Shown: piece after piece, positions 9,531 through 17,624 of the stretch | Layout of the letters: each line of letters starts with the position of its first letter | How positions within the stretch are numbered: position 1 is the stretch's first letter | Assembly (NCBI RefSeq): GCF_000025665.1 | Contig: NC_013926.1 | Location: 1,200,001 to 1,232,000 of the forward strand | Length of the DNA: 32,000 nt | Direction: 5' to 3' | DNA from: Aciduliprofundum boonei T469 | GTDB taxonomy: Archaea > Thermoplasmatota > Thermoplasmata > Thermoplasmatales > Aciduliprofundaceae | The notes under the pieces: model-generated | What the model saw: the letters and a program-made list of their open reading frames with translations, nothing else | Database searches by the model: none | Told to the model about the DNA's origin: nothing | Position numbers and translations under genes: made by a program

Positions 9531-11279
9531 TTACTTCACCTCTCTGATAAGCCTATCTATCTCGCTTTCAATTTTCTCCTCAATCTTTGCAAACTCTTCC
9601 TTGTAAGTTTCATTGGGTATTCTTCCCATGTACGCAAGATCCTCTTTTACACTCAATTTTCTTATTTTATCCATTGGCACACCGCTTTCTACAGCCCTAG
9701 TAATCAAAGAGTGGAACTTAAGAATGAGTTTTAACATCAGATACTGCTTATCAGCTGGGCAGTAGGTATCTACATCATGAAAAGCATTCTGCTGCAAGAA
9801 ATCCTCACGGAGAGAGCGCGCTGTTTCCAGTAATGCCTGCTCTTTGGCAGGTAATGCATCTGGACCAACCAACTGCACAATTTCTTGCAATTCTGCTTCT
9901 CTCTGCAATATACCCATTGCCTCCCTTCTTAGCTCGTACCAATCCTTAGCAACATTTTTAGACCACCAAGAGCTGACGGAATTCAGATAGAGGGAATATG
10001 AGCGAAGCCAGTTTATTGATGGGAAGTGTCTCTTATGCGCCAGCTCTGCATCAAGAGCCCAGAAGACCTTGACGATACGCAGGGTATTCTGTGTAACTGG
10101 CTCACTGAAATCACCGCCGGGAGGAGAAACTGCCCCAACAACAGTCACAGAGCCATATTTCTTTTCAGAACCAGCAACTTCAACATAACCTGCACGCTCA
10201 TAGAATTCGGCAAGACGAGATGCAAGATATGCAGGATAACCTTCCTCACCAGGCATTTCCTCCAATCTTCCCGATATTTCTCTAAGAGCCTCAGCCCAGC
10301 GGGAGGTTGAATCTGCCATTAAAGCAACATGGTAGCCCATATCTCTGAAGTACTCAGCTATTGTGATACCTGTGTAAATAGAAGCTTCTCTCGCAGCCAC
10401 GGGCATATTTGAAGTGTTTGCTATGAGCACCGTCCTATTCATAAGAGGCTCCCCAGTGCGAGGATCTTTAAGTTTAGGGAAATCTTCGAGAACCTCTGTC
10501 ATCTCGTTTCCCCTCTCCCCACATCCAACATAAACCACGATGTCTGCATCACTCCATTTTGCAAGCTGATGCTGCGTAACCGTTTTGCCTGTGCCGAATC
10601 CTCCAGGTATGGCGGCTGTACCACCCTTGGCTATAGGAAAGAATGTGTCAAGCACTCTCTGCCCAGTAACAAGCAATTCCACTGGGTCTAATTTAGATTT
10701 AAATGGCCTCTGTCTCCTCACAGGCCAGCGCTGGTACATTTTTATTTCTGCACTATCTATCTTGGCTATAGGCTCCTCTATTGTGTAATCTCCCTCCTCC
10801 GCAATCCATTCTATCTTTCCCTCTTTTTCAGGAGGGACCATTATCCTATGTTCCACAATAAGTGTCTCTTGAACGGTTCCTAAAATATCTCCTCCTCTCA
10901 CATAATCTCCCACTTTTGCCCTTGGTACGAAATGCCATTTTTTATTTGGATTCAATGGGGGAGCAGTTGCACCCCTTTTTATGAAATCTCCTGTCAATTC
11001 TTTAATCTCCGGTAAAGGTCTTTGAATACCATCGTAAATCTGAGAAATTATACCTGGACCAAGCATCACAGATAAAGGTGCTCCAGTTCTTTCAACAGGT
11101 TCTCCTGGCTTTATACCCGAAGTTTCCTCGTAGACCTGTATGGTTGCAGTATCCCCATACAGACCTATAATTTCACCAATCAAACCTTCTTCACCAACCT
11201 TAACCACTTCGTACATCTCGCTTCCTTTCATTCCATCAGCAACGACCACTGGTCCTGCTACCCTAATTATTCTTCCCAT
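9531..11279 (-). CDS. atpA: A-type ATP synthase catalytic subunit A
   Basis: P-loop [19 protein letters not shown], and a non-homologous insert region typical of A subunits. No intein (normal length). ATG 11277-11279 is preceded by GAGGTGA. The track start at 11288 is a GTG overlapping the atpF stop. Confidence 0.97.
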   Translation of the reverse strand: MGRIIRVAGPVVVADGMKGSEMYEVVKVGEEGLIGEIIGLYGDTATIQVYEETSGIKPGEPVERTGAPLSVMLGPGIISQIYDGIQRPLPEIKELTGDFIKRGATAPPLNPNKKWHFVPRAKVGDYVRGGDILGTVQETLIVEHRIMVPPEKEGKIEWIAEEGDYTIEEPIAKIDSAEIKMYQRWPVRRQRPFKSKLDPVELLVTGQRVLDTFFPIAKGGTAAIPGGFGTGKTVTQHQLAKWSDADIVVYVGCGERGNEMTEVLEDFPKLKDPRTGEPLMNRTVLIANTSNMPVAAREASIYTGITIAEYFRDMGYHVALMADSTSRWAEALREISGRLEEMPGEEGYPAYLASRLAEFYERAGYVEVAGSEKKYGSVTVVGAVSPPGGDFSEPVTQNTLRIVKVFWALDAELAHKRHFPSINWLRSYSLYLNSVSSWWSKNVAKDWYELRREAMGILQREAELQEIVQLVGPDALPAKEQALLETARSLREDFLQQNAFHDVDTYCPADKQYLMLKLILKFHSLITRAVESGVPMDKIRKLSVKEDLAYMGRIPNETYKEEFAKIEEKIESEIDRLIREVK

Positions 11280-11284
11280 ATTTT

Positions 11285-11602
11285 TCACCTCTTTAGTATG
11301 TCTATACCTATAGCTCTTTTAACCAAACTCCTCATAGGATCTTCAACCTCAACTTCCTTCTTATCAGGTATCTCCAAAATTATTGGATATATGCCTTTCT
11401 CCTTTTTCCACTCATTAATATAATCCCTTATCTCCCGAGCCATCCTTCTGGATATTATTACTATGGCTACATCTTTCATATACTTAATCTCATTTAGAAT
11501 CTCCTTCATTTTCCAAGGATCCTCAGCCTCATAAGAATCCTTAATACCTGCAAGCTGGAAACCGTTAATCATGTCCCTGTCTCCCACAACTACGATTTTC
11601 AT
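11285..11602 (-). CDS. atpF: A-type ATP synthase subunit F
   Basis: [20 protein letters not shown]... is a typical subunit F of about 100 aa. ATGA overlap with the atpC stop. Confidence 0.9.
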   Translation of the reverse strand: MKIVVVGDRDMINGFQLAGIKDSYEAEDPWKMKEILNEIKYMKDVAIVIISRRMAREIRDYINEWKKEKGIYPIILEIPDKKEVEVEDPMRSLVKRAIGIDILKR

Positions 11603-12699
11603 GCCACATCACCAACCAAGAGTCCACGAATCCTATCCTTAGATATTCCTTCCATATAGCCCTTAACTATGCTCTTTAGGTTCCTTAATTCAAAATCTTT
11701 AGCCACAAGGAACATGAGCAATGGCCCAGCCGTTGTCGCAAATGTCAACGAAAGCTCGTTTACCTTCCTCAGAAGCATCCGATCTAGCTCTAACTCGATT
11801 ACGAATGGATCTTCCACATCCCTAAGAAATGCGTAGCTGGTTCCTTCCAGATGAGATAATGCCTCATCCAAAGTCCTAGCATTTGCCATGCTCTTTACTT
11901 TCCAATCACTTAACTCGTATCCGCCTTCCAAAAGCAGATTACTTATATCTTCAATTTCAGCTTTCTTCGCTCTAACAATGGTTTTTATATTGAATATATC
12001 AACAAACATAGAGAGCACAATATTAACAGGCTCTGCGGAGTTCTCTTCAAGCATTCTCTTAGAATCTATCAAATTCTTTAAAACCAATCTATCAAGAGCG
12101 ATATCCACTTTATATAAGTCAGAGGATTCGTTCCATATCTTTATTACCTCGGCAAAGGGTGTTGCATCCAAGGCACTGACAGCATCTTCCATACTTGTGG
12201 CTTCTACCATATGTTGAATTATGAGTTTTGTTAAGAATCTACCTGGATATACCTCCTCATATATCCGAGCCTTTGGCACCTTGGCATATTTTGCTCTTAA
12301 AATCCTCTTGACCATATTTGCATCATACTTGAGCATATACGCCTCTGCGAAGCTCTTACCATCATCAGGAAGCATTTCCATTACTCTTTGCATCATTGCA
12401 AGCATACTTCTTTCTAACTCTATATCATATTTTTTCAGATCTTCTACGCTATATCCTTCTTTTTCAATGTCAGATACAACTTCAGTCAAGTTTGTGTAAT
12501 TTAATAATCTCTCGATATTATCTTTTTCAGTGTATTTGGCACCTATGGCAAATATGGTGGCGTTGGGACCCATATAGGCTCCAATATTGAGCATCTTTCT
12601 AAAGAATCCCATAAGAAAAGCTATAACCACGAAGATTGCGAGGAATGATATCGTAATTGCCAAGATTATAGCGGTGCTTTCAAGCATACTCTTCACCAA
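11599..12699 (-). CDS. atpC: A-type ATP synthase subunit C (V-type d homologue)
   Basis: Operon position between E and F, size of about 366 aa, helical composition. N-terminal hydrophobic segment (residues ~9-32). Confidence 0.85.
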   Translation of the reverse strand: MVKSMLESTAIILAITISFLAIFVVIAFLMGFFRKMLNIGAYMGPNATIFAIGAKYTEKDNIERLLNYTNLTEVVSDIEKEGYSVEDLKKYDIELERSMLAMMQRVMEMLPDDGKSFAEAYMLKYDANMVKRILRAKYAKVPKARIYEEVYPGRFLTKLIIQHMVEATSMEDAVSALDATPFAEVIKIWNESSDLYKVDIALDRLVLKNLIDSKRMLEENSAEPVNIVLSMFVDIFNIKTIVRAKKAEIEDISNLLLEGGYELSDWKVKSMANARTLDEALSHLEGTSYAFLRDVEDPFVIELELDRMLLRKVNELSLTFATTAGPLLMFLVAKDFELRNLKSIVKGYMEGISKDRIRGLLVGDVA

Positions 12700-13264
12700 A
12701 TAACTTCACATAAATCCTTTTTCTCATATCACCCATATTCCTCTCTACAAAGGCCTTCACGGTGTAATCGACCTTCTTTAGAGAGTCGCTGCTTATTGCA
12801 AGAATTCCCCCATATTCTAGTTCACCTGCCATGACCTTCAAATTTAATTCCATATCATCCGCAATTCTCTTTACCATCTCTACATCCTCTTGCATGGCGA
12901 TGACTTCAAAGTTATTACCAAGAACATTCTTAGCATCTTCGAGAGATTCCCTAATATATTTCTCATAATTCACATAATCTTTAAAGCTAATCTGAACTTG
13001 GTTTATGATTCTCTCTATTACTTTTTCCCTTGCATTCATCAACATCTTCTTTCCATCTAAATGGGCCTTGGAAATATGCATCTGTTTTATGGTCTCTGCC
13101 TCTCTCTTACCAGAACTTTCCATTTTTTCTCTTTCTTTATCCCACTTGCTCTCTTCAATATTCCTGATTCTCTCTATTTCTCTATCTGCTTTATCCCAGT
13201 ACTCCTTAATCTTCCACTGCACATCCTCTTCGATTCTCTTTATTATTCTGTCTATGGCATCCAT
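12680..13264 (-). CDS. atpE: A-type ATP synthase subunit E (peripheral stalk)
   Basis: Charged N-terminal coiled coil followed by a globular C-terminal domain. 194 aa. Operon position immediately after atpK. Confidence 0.88.
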   Translation of the reverse strand: MDAIDRIIKRIEEDVQWKIKEYWDKADREIERIRNIEESKWDKEREKMESSGKREAETIKQMHISKAHLDGKKMLMNAREKVIERIINQVQISFKDYVNYEKYIRESLEDAKNVLGNNFEVIAMQEDVEMVKRIADDMELNLKVMAGELEYGGILAISSDSLKKVDYTVKAFVERNMGDMRKRIYVKLFGEEYA

Positions 13265-15085
13265 TTAGAACACCCCTATAGCCATAAGTAGAAGGATTGC
13301 TACGAGCAAGCCAAAGATAGCAAAGGTCTCACTCATCACGGATAACATCATACTCTTTCCAAAGCTCTCAGAGCGTCTAGTGAAGGCGCCTATACCCATC
13401 GCTGCCGTTATACCTTGGCCAATACCGCTCAATCCCGCAAATCCAATTGCCAAACCAGCACCTATTGCGCCGATTCCAACGAATAAGGCCATTGATTTTG
13501 GAATCTGCAATCCACCACCAAGAAGGCCAACTGCATAGAGAATTATTATGGATACAATCAAAGCATAGATACTCTGTGTCTCTGGAAGCACTGAGAATAT
13601 GATGGACTTTGAGAACGCTGATGGCTTTTCCACGGAAGCAGCAGCACCACTTCCCGCTGCAATACCCTGCCCTATGGCAGTCATACCACTAACACCTATG
13701 GCCAAGCCAGCGCCTATTGCAGCCAAGCCTACACCTATAGGAAAAGCAAGTGGTTTTGAACCAAATAAACCTGCACCATTAACGATGAATATAGCTACAA
13801 GCAATCCGTAAATAACTTGAGTTTCTGGCATTATTGCAAATACCATTATTTTACCAAAGGAAGCTTTCTCACGCATACTTGCATAGACGCTACTTCCCGC
13901 AGCTATGCCGAGTCCTATACCACTCAAACCAGCAAATCCAACAGCTAGGCCTGCACCTATTGCAGCCAAGCCAACAAATAGGGCTGCATTTCCACTCATA
14001 AATCCAGAGCCGCTTAGCAAACCTGTGGCGCTTAGGACCACTATGGCTATAATCAAAGCAGTTATACTTGGAGTTTCAGCTATAACGGAAAATATCATGC
14101 CCTTGGTGAATGCCTTTGGATTCTCAGCTGTTGCCGCACAGGAGCTAGATGCAGCAATACCTTGGCCTATGGCTGTCAAGCCGCTCACACCCATGGCCAA
14201 GCCAGCACCTATTGCAGCCAAGCCCACACCGAGAGAATAGTGTTTTACCCCACCCCCGAACATTCCAGAGCCATATAGAATTAAAATGGCGATAAGCAAG
14301 CCATAGATTGCCTGAGTTTCAGGAAGAATGGAGAACACAACAGCTTTTCCGTAAGAAATTCTATCATGCTGTGTAGTGCCAATGCCAGTGCCAGCAACGA
14401 TTCCCTGTCCTATAGCACTCAAACCTGCAAGACCCACGGAGATGCCAGCACCTATTGCAGCCAGGCCTATGGATATTGGCACATTCTCAATGTGCCCAGA
14501 GAAAGCACCTATGCCCATCATAATTATAATTGCTATCAAAAATCCATAAATTGCCTGGGTCTGAGGAAATGCCTGGAATATAAGTATCCTTCCAAACTTG
14601 CTCTTAGGATCGCTTCCAATGGCAGCAGCACCGCTTGCTCCGGTGATACCCACACCAACACCAGAACCTATGGCCGATAGACCAACAGCAAGGCCTGCAC
14701 CTATGAGGGCAAGATAACCACCCATTGGGCCTTCTCCCACAACGAATTTGTAAACATAAGTTGTATTGGCATTTTCTATGACTTTTAACTGATAAGTTCC
14801 ACTTTGCTCGAGTGTGACCGTGAATCTTGAACCTGTACCTGTTAAATTCTTACCTCCAAAACTCAAGATCCATGTTACACTTGAACTCCATTTGAATGTA
14901 TAATTCTTCCCTATTTCAAATGCTCCAGATGAATTTACCTCACTAAGCGGTTTCTCAACAGTCTTTCCATTAACCTCATAAATTACAGTTGGCTCAACAC
15001 CTTGAGCTGCCGCATGTGGCATAGAAACCACAAATAGCAGCAAGAGCGCACTTAAGAGCACCATTAGCGGCACTAATTTTTTCAT
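13265..15085 (-). CDS. atpK: A-type ATP synthase proteolipid (subunit K/c): signal peptide + extracytoplasmic domain + six fused hairpins
   Basis: Six copies of the c-subunit pattern GLAAIGAGLA-G-(A/S)G(L/M)(S/T)(A/G)IGQGI...loop...(P/S/A)(E/Q)T(Q/P/F)xI(Y/F/T). GGAGGTGA SD lies 8 nt upstream. The ATG overlaps the atpI TAA by 1 nt. Confidence 0.93.
   Translation of the reverse strand: MKKLVPLMVLLSALLLLFVVSMPHAAAQGVEPTVIYEVNGKTVEKPLSEVNSSGAFEIGKNYTFKWSSSVTWILSFGGKNLTGTGSRFTVTLEQSGTYQLKVIENANTTYVYKFVVGEGPMGGYLALIGAGLAVGLSAIGSGVGVGITGASGAAAIGSDPKSKFGRILIFQAFPQTQAIYGFLIAIIIMMGIGAFSGHIENVPISIGLAAIGAGISVGLAGLSAIGQGIVAGTGIGTTQHDRISYGKAVVFSILPETQAIYGLLIAILILYGSGMFGGGVKHYSLGVGLAAIGAGLAMGVSGLTAIGQGIAASSSCAATAENPKAFTKGMIFSVIAETPSITALIIAIVVLSATGLLSGSGFMSGNAALFVGLAAIGAGLAVGFAGLSGIGLGIAAGSSVYASMREKASFGKIMVFAIMPETQVIYGLLVAIFIVNGAGLFGSKPLAFPIGVGLAAIGAGLAIGVSGMTAIGQGIAAGSGAAASVEKPSAFSKSIIFSVLPETQSIYALIVSIIILYAVGLLGGGLQIPKSMALFVGIGAIGAGLAIGFAGLSGIGQGITAAMGIGAFTRRSESFGKSMMLSVMSETFAIFGLLVAILLLMAIGVF
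13268..14731 (-). repeat. Intragenic tandem repeat: six c-subunit hairpin modules (243/252-nt period)
   Basis: The plus-strand motif cc(a/t)gc(a/g)cctat(t)gc... (encoding AIGAG) recurs, with its acctat core at 13460, 13712, 13955, 14207, 14450 and 14699. Spacings are 252, 243, 252, 243 and 249 nt. Odd and even modules form two sequence classes. Confidence 0.9.
14732..15004 (-). other. Predicted extracytoplasmic beta-rich domain of AtpK (residues ~28-118)
   Basis: QGVEPTVIYEVNGKTVEKPLSEVNSSGAFEIGKNYTFKWSSSVTWILSFGGKNLTGTGSRFTVTLEQSGTYQLKVIENANTTYVYKFVV. Alternating hydrophobic/polar beta pattern, with four N-x-S/T sequons (NSS, NYT, NLT, NTT). Confidence 0.6.
15005..15085 (-). other. Predicted Sec signal peptide of AtpK
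   Basis: MKKLVPLMVLLSALLLLFVVSMPHAAA|QG has a basic n-region, a hydrophobic h-region and an A-A-A cleavage-type c-region. Confidence 0.65.
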
Positions 15086-17223
15086 TATTCATTCACCTCC
15101 AACCTGCTATGTTTCCTAACTTCTCTAAACGGCACAAACTTTACACCATCTCCCTCATAGAACTTTGAGAAGAACTCTACATACTGCAAACGCAGAGAGT
15201 GCACAAATGAGCCCAATGCTTGAAGCATTGAGTTCCCTATATGCCCTATAATCAAGAAGAGAAGTATGAATAACCATATGGCTGCTGTTATGCTTACCAC
15301 TCCCACTATACCAAATACGAGGAGGAGCAGTATTATGCCCTTCTTTATGGGATCCTTCTTTCTCATCCAAAGAAGAGCAAGAGCAACACCTGCAAGGAGC
15401 ACTGGAAGACAGCAAACCATGCCTGTGGCTCCTGCAGTCATAGTCCTTATTATCCCGGCAAGGATGTTTATCGTAAGAGCCAAACCGGATGTAGCTAAAT
15501 CTAGCGCAAGTAAACGGGAATAAGAGAGCCAATCCCCAATCATACCTGTTATATCAAAGAAAAATAGTCCGTTTATAGAGGCTTTTTTATCCACAAGTTT
15601 ACCCATTACTCCTGGGAGGAATAAGAATAATCCAATTACTGTGAATATCCATGCTATTGTAACTGCCGTTCCAGACATCTGCCACCATCCGAAATAATAG
15701 CCTATGAGCGCACCGCCTGCAGGGTATAGTATGAGCCAAGACACTTCGCCCTGCAAAAATTCAGAGTAATTTTTATCTCTAAGGTGATGGAACGCGCCAA
15801 GAGCCATACCCAAGCTCAGCTGAAATACACCGATCATAAGAGAGATCTTTAGCAGAGTTATAGGGTCCTGCATTGGATCCAAGATAGGAGTGTAGTGAAT
15901 TAAAGGTGTAAGTGGATTCGATTCATTTAAAGGTCCAAATATACCTCCTTGAATTAAACCAAAAACTACAGCCGATAACCCGGAGACAAATAATATAGAT
16001 CCTAGTGTTCTATTTGTCCAGTTGTATTTGCCCAGTGGCTTCCATAGGATATATCCCAGTACAGCCATTATCATACCATAACCAGCATCTCCCAGAGTAA
16101 GGCCAAAGTAGATGATGAACAAAGGCGCTATTATCACAGTCGGATCTATATGCCCGTACTTTGGCGTGGAGTACATATCCACAAATGCCTGAAAAGGCCT
16201 AAACATCCTTGGATTGTTATATTTTACGGGGACATCTCCTCCCTTCGCCTCTTTCCATCTTATCAATGCAAGGCCTCGCGCTGCTTTTTCGATAACTTTC
16301 CTTGCACTTTCAAAATCCACCTTTGGTATGTAGCCCCTGATTACTGTAGTATAAAATGTCTTGCCAAATTTTGAATGAATTTCCTCCTTTATTTTCTCAT
16401 TATAAAGATCATCCTTTAAAACGGAAAGATGAGGATAAACTTCCTTTCTCAAAATCCTCAATTCTGTCAGAATTTTTTCCTTCTCTTTGGACAGCTTTTT
16501 AGATTTTAATTCCATATCTTTCAATACCTTATCGGGTTTACCCTTCCACTCTTTTAACTCAAATTCTGAAAATCCTGCAAATCTCAAAGCAGATTCGAGT
16601 TCCTTCTTATCCTTCATATGCGAAGCCACTACAATAATGTAATTGACTTCCTTTTTCTTTCCCTCAGTTACACTCCACAAAGCTATTTTACCTTCGGATT
16701 CTAATTTTTTCAGATGGTCTAAATTTTTTGCAGTTCCCGCAGCGATATACGCATAAGGTCCTTCTCCCAAGTACGAAACATCAAAAGGTAATGCCTTTAA
16801 CTTCTCCACCTGCCTCCTTTGAATTTTTATTCTCTCAATCTCAGTATTTATTTCTTCCCATTTTGAGTATAAATCTAAAATTCTTGGTTCTAAACTCTCC
16901 AAGGTTCTCTCTGCATCTTTCATTATCTCCTCTCTTTCTCTATGCTTTGCAGGATACTTCTCTGGAGGCTCAGTTTTGATTGATGCAAGCATTCCATTTT
17001 TCTTTATCTTAGAGATATTGAGAATCTCCATTAGTTTACCAATTCTAAATTCATAATCCACTATTGTGGTAGCTATATCAGATGGATTTGCATTTTCTAA
17101 ATTTTCAATGTTATGGGTGCTTATATGCATAAAGCCCCTTCTTTGCATCGCATCTAAAACATCGTATTTAACAGAATCATGAAGAAGCACTTCTACTTCC
17201 ACCATCTTGGATGGAAAAAGCAT
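15085..17223 (-). CDS. atpI: A-type ATP synthase subunit I (stator a-subunit)
   Basis: Cytoplasmic N-terminal half with coiled coils plus a C-terminal multi-TM half containing the essential-Arg motif (DWLSYSRLLALDLATSGLA). ATG 17221-17223 is preceded by GGGTGA. The track start at 17232 is a GTG overlapping the atpH stop. Confidence 0.93.
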   Translation of the reverse strand: MLFPSKMVEVEVLLHDSVKYDVLDAMQRRGFMHISTHNIENLENANPSDIATTIVDYEFRIGKLMEILNISKIKKNGMLASIKTEPPEKYPAKHREREEIMKDAERTLESLEPRILDLYSKWEEINTEIERIKIQRRQVEKLKALPFDVSYLGEGPYAYIAAGTAKNLDHLKKLESEGKIALWSVTEGKKKEVNYIIVVASHMKDKKELESALRFAGFSEFELKEWKGKPDKVLKDMELKSKKLSKEKEKILTELRILRKEVYPHLSVLKDDLYNEKIKEEIHSKFGKTFYTTVIRGYIPKVDFESARKVIEKAARGLALIRWKEAKGGDVPVKYNNPRMFRPFQAFVDMYSTPKYGHIDPTVIIAPLFIIYFGLTLGDAGYGMIMAVLGYILWKPLGKYNWTNRTLGSILFVSGLSAVVFGLIQGGIFGPLNESNPLTPLIHYTPILDPMQDPITLLKISLMIGVFQLSLGMALGAFHHLRDKNYSEFLQGEVSWLILYPAGGALIGYYFGWWQMSGTAVTIAWIFTVIGLFLFLPGVMGKLVDKKASINGLFFFDITGMIGDWLSYSRLLALDLATSGLALTINILAGIIRTMTAGATGMVCCLPVLLAGVALALLWMRKKDPIKKGIILLLLVFGIVGVVSITAAIWLFILLFLIIGHIGNSMLQALGSFVHSLRLQYVEFFSKFYEGDGVKFVPFREVRKHSRLEVNE

Positions 17224-17228
17224 GGTTT

Positions 17229-17549
17229 TCACCCAAATATCTCTTTAAGTACCTCTACAGCTACTTCGTTAATCCTATTTTCATCGATGCTCTCAATTTC
17301 TTTCACTCTTTCCCTGTATTCCTCTAATATTTTCTCTGCCTCTCTTTTTCCCTCTTCATCAGCTTCTTCCTTCCATCTTTCTATGGTTTCCAACACTTCT
17401 TCTCTCTCTTTTTCAATAGTGGCTCTAATTTCTTTTTTTGCATTTTCAATCTTCTCCTTACTTTCCTTCTCTGCTTTCTCTATGCGTGATAGTGCACTGT
17501 TTTCAGTCTCACGAATCCGTTTAAGGTCCCTCTCGATCATAAAACTCAT
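17229..17549 (-). CDS. atpH: A-type ATP synthase subunit H (peripheral stalk)
   Basis: 106-aa charged helical protein, MSFMIERDLKRIRETENSALSRIEKAEKESKEKIENAKKEI...INEVAVEVLKEIFG. First gene of the atp operon. The 221-aa track ORF extends upstream across the intergenic region and into pxpA on the other strand, so the extension is spurious. Confidence 0.8.
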   Translation of the reverse strand: MSFMIERDLKRIRETENSALSRIEKAEKESKEKIENAKKEIRATIEKEREEVLETIERWKEEADEEGKREAEKILEEYRERVKEIESIDENRINEVAVEVLKEIFG

Positions 17550-17624
17550 CGGGAGATGACATTTACATTTATAATAATTTTGGATGGCCAAAAATTTAAG
17601 TTCAAAGTAGAGTATTAAGATTCG
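17550..17624. promoter_or_regulatory. Divergent promoter region, atp operon (minus strand) / pxpABC (plus strand)
   Basis: Minus-strand TTATTATAAA (plus-strand coordinates ~17568-17577) lies about 19-28 nt upstream of the atpH ATG. Plus-strand AAAATTTAAG (~17591-17600) lies about 25-34 nt upstream of the pxpA ATG. Neither gene has an SD, which fits leaderless first genes. Confidence 0.45.

Noticed and set aside
9531-11288. Checked atpA for an intein, as found in some Thermoplasma and Pyrococcus A subunits
   Set aside because: The length (about 582 aa) and the contiguous P-loop region (GGFGTGKTV) are those of an intein-free A subunit.
13599-14680. Plus-strand ORFs inside atpK (13599..13811, 13905..14240, 14366..14680) with repeated PAPIAAKPTP-like motifs
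   Set aside because: The repeats are the mirror image of the Gly/Ala-rich AIGAGLA codons of the c-subunit hairpins. They have no start context, and the opposite strand has overwhelming homology.
15155-15532. Alternative-frame and antisense ORFs inside atpI (15155..15532 minus strand, 15266..15523 plus strand)
   Set aside because: They are fully embedded in the well-conserved membrane domain of subunit I. Their Cys/Arg/Ser-rich composition is typical of off-frame translation.
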